A DNA stretch of 64,000 nt from NCBI GenBank assembly GCA_013239625.1, contig MU053432.1:189940-253939 (forward strand), in the 5' to 3' direction. The notes beneath the pieces are model-generated. The model was not told the DNA's origin. It did not search any database and saw only the letters and a program-made list of their open reading frames with translations. Positions 63,878-64,000 of this stretch are shown here, one piece after another; the first letter of the stretch is position 1; the number at the start of each line of letters is the position of its first letter. A program made the translations under genes and the position numbers. Origin of the DNA: Lama guanicoe (lineage: Eukaryota).

Positions 63878-64000
63878 ATACTGATACATTTAAAGCACAA
63901 ATAATGTTATTTTGCTGTATATGTGCTAGTGTCTAGAACTAGACAATGAAGGGGAAAGAAAGCCGGACTGATTAACTGTTAATGACTTGGGTTTTCCGGT

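Overview
Mammalian intergenic DNA, probably camelid given about nine copies of a vic-1-like tRNA-derived SINE. It is repeat-rich and contains no intact, spliced protein-coding gene that I can support. Two intronless, frameshifted processed pseudogenes bracket the window: EIF4G1 on the minus strand (about 2500 down to beyond base 1) and PHF12 on the plus strand (about 57275-62122). Between them are L1 fragments (several with clear TSDs), solo ERV and MaLR LTRs, MIRs, DNA-transposon relics, microsatellites and two orphan promoter-like CpG regions (about 10.2 kb and 39.3-39.95 kb). The most interesting structure is a sense-oriented solo LTR inserted into the PHF12 retrocopy 5'UTR, 36 nt before its ATG. 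Compared with a sister LTR in the same window (15459-15807), it has nine CCAAT boxes instead of two, two octamer motifs, an intact TATA box, and a poly(A) signal changed into a splice-donor-like site. Downstream, a 374-codon PHF12-derived ORF stays open despite several indels. Repeat family names and parent-gene comparisons are from memory, not from database searches.
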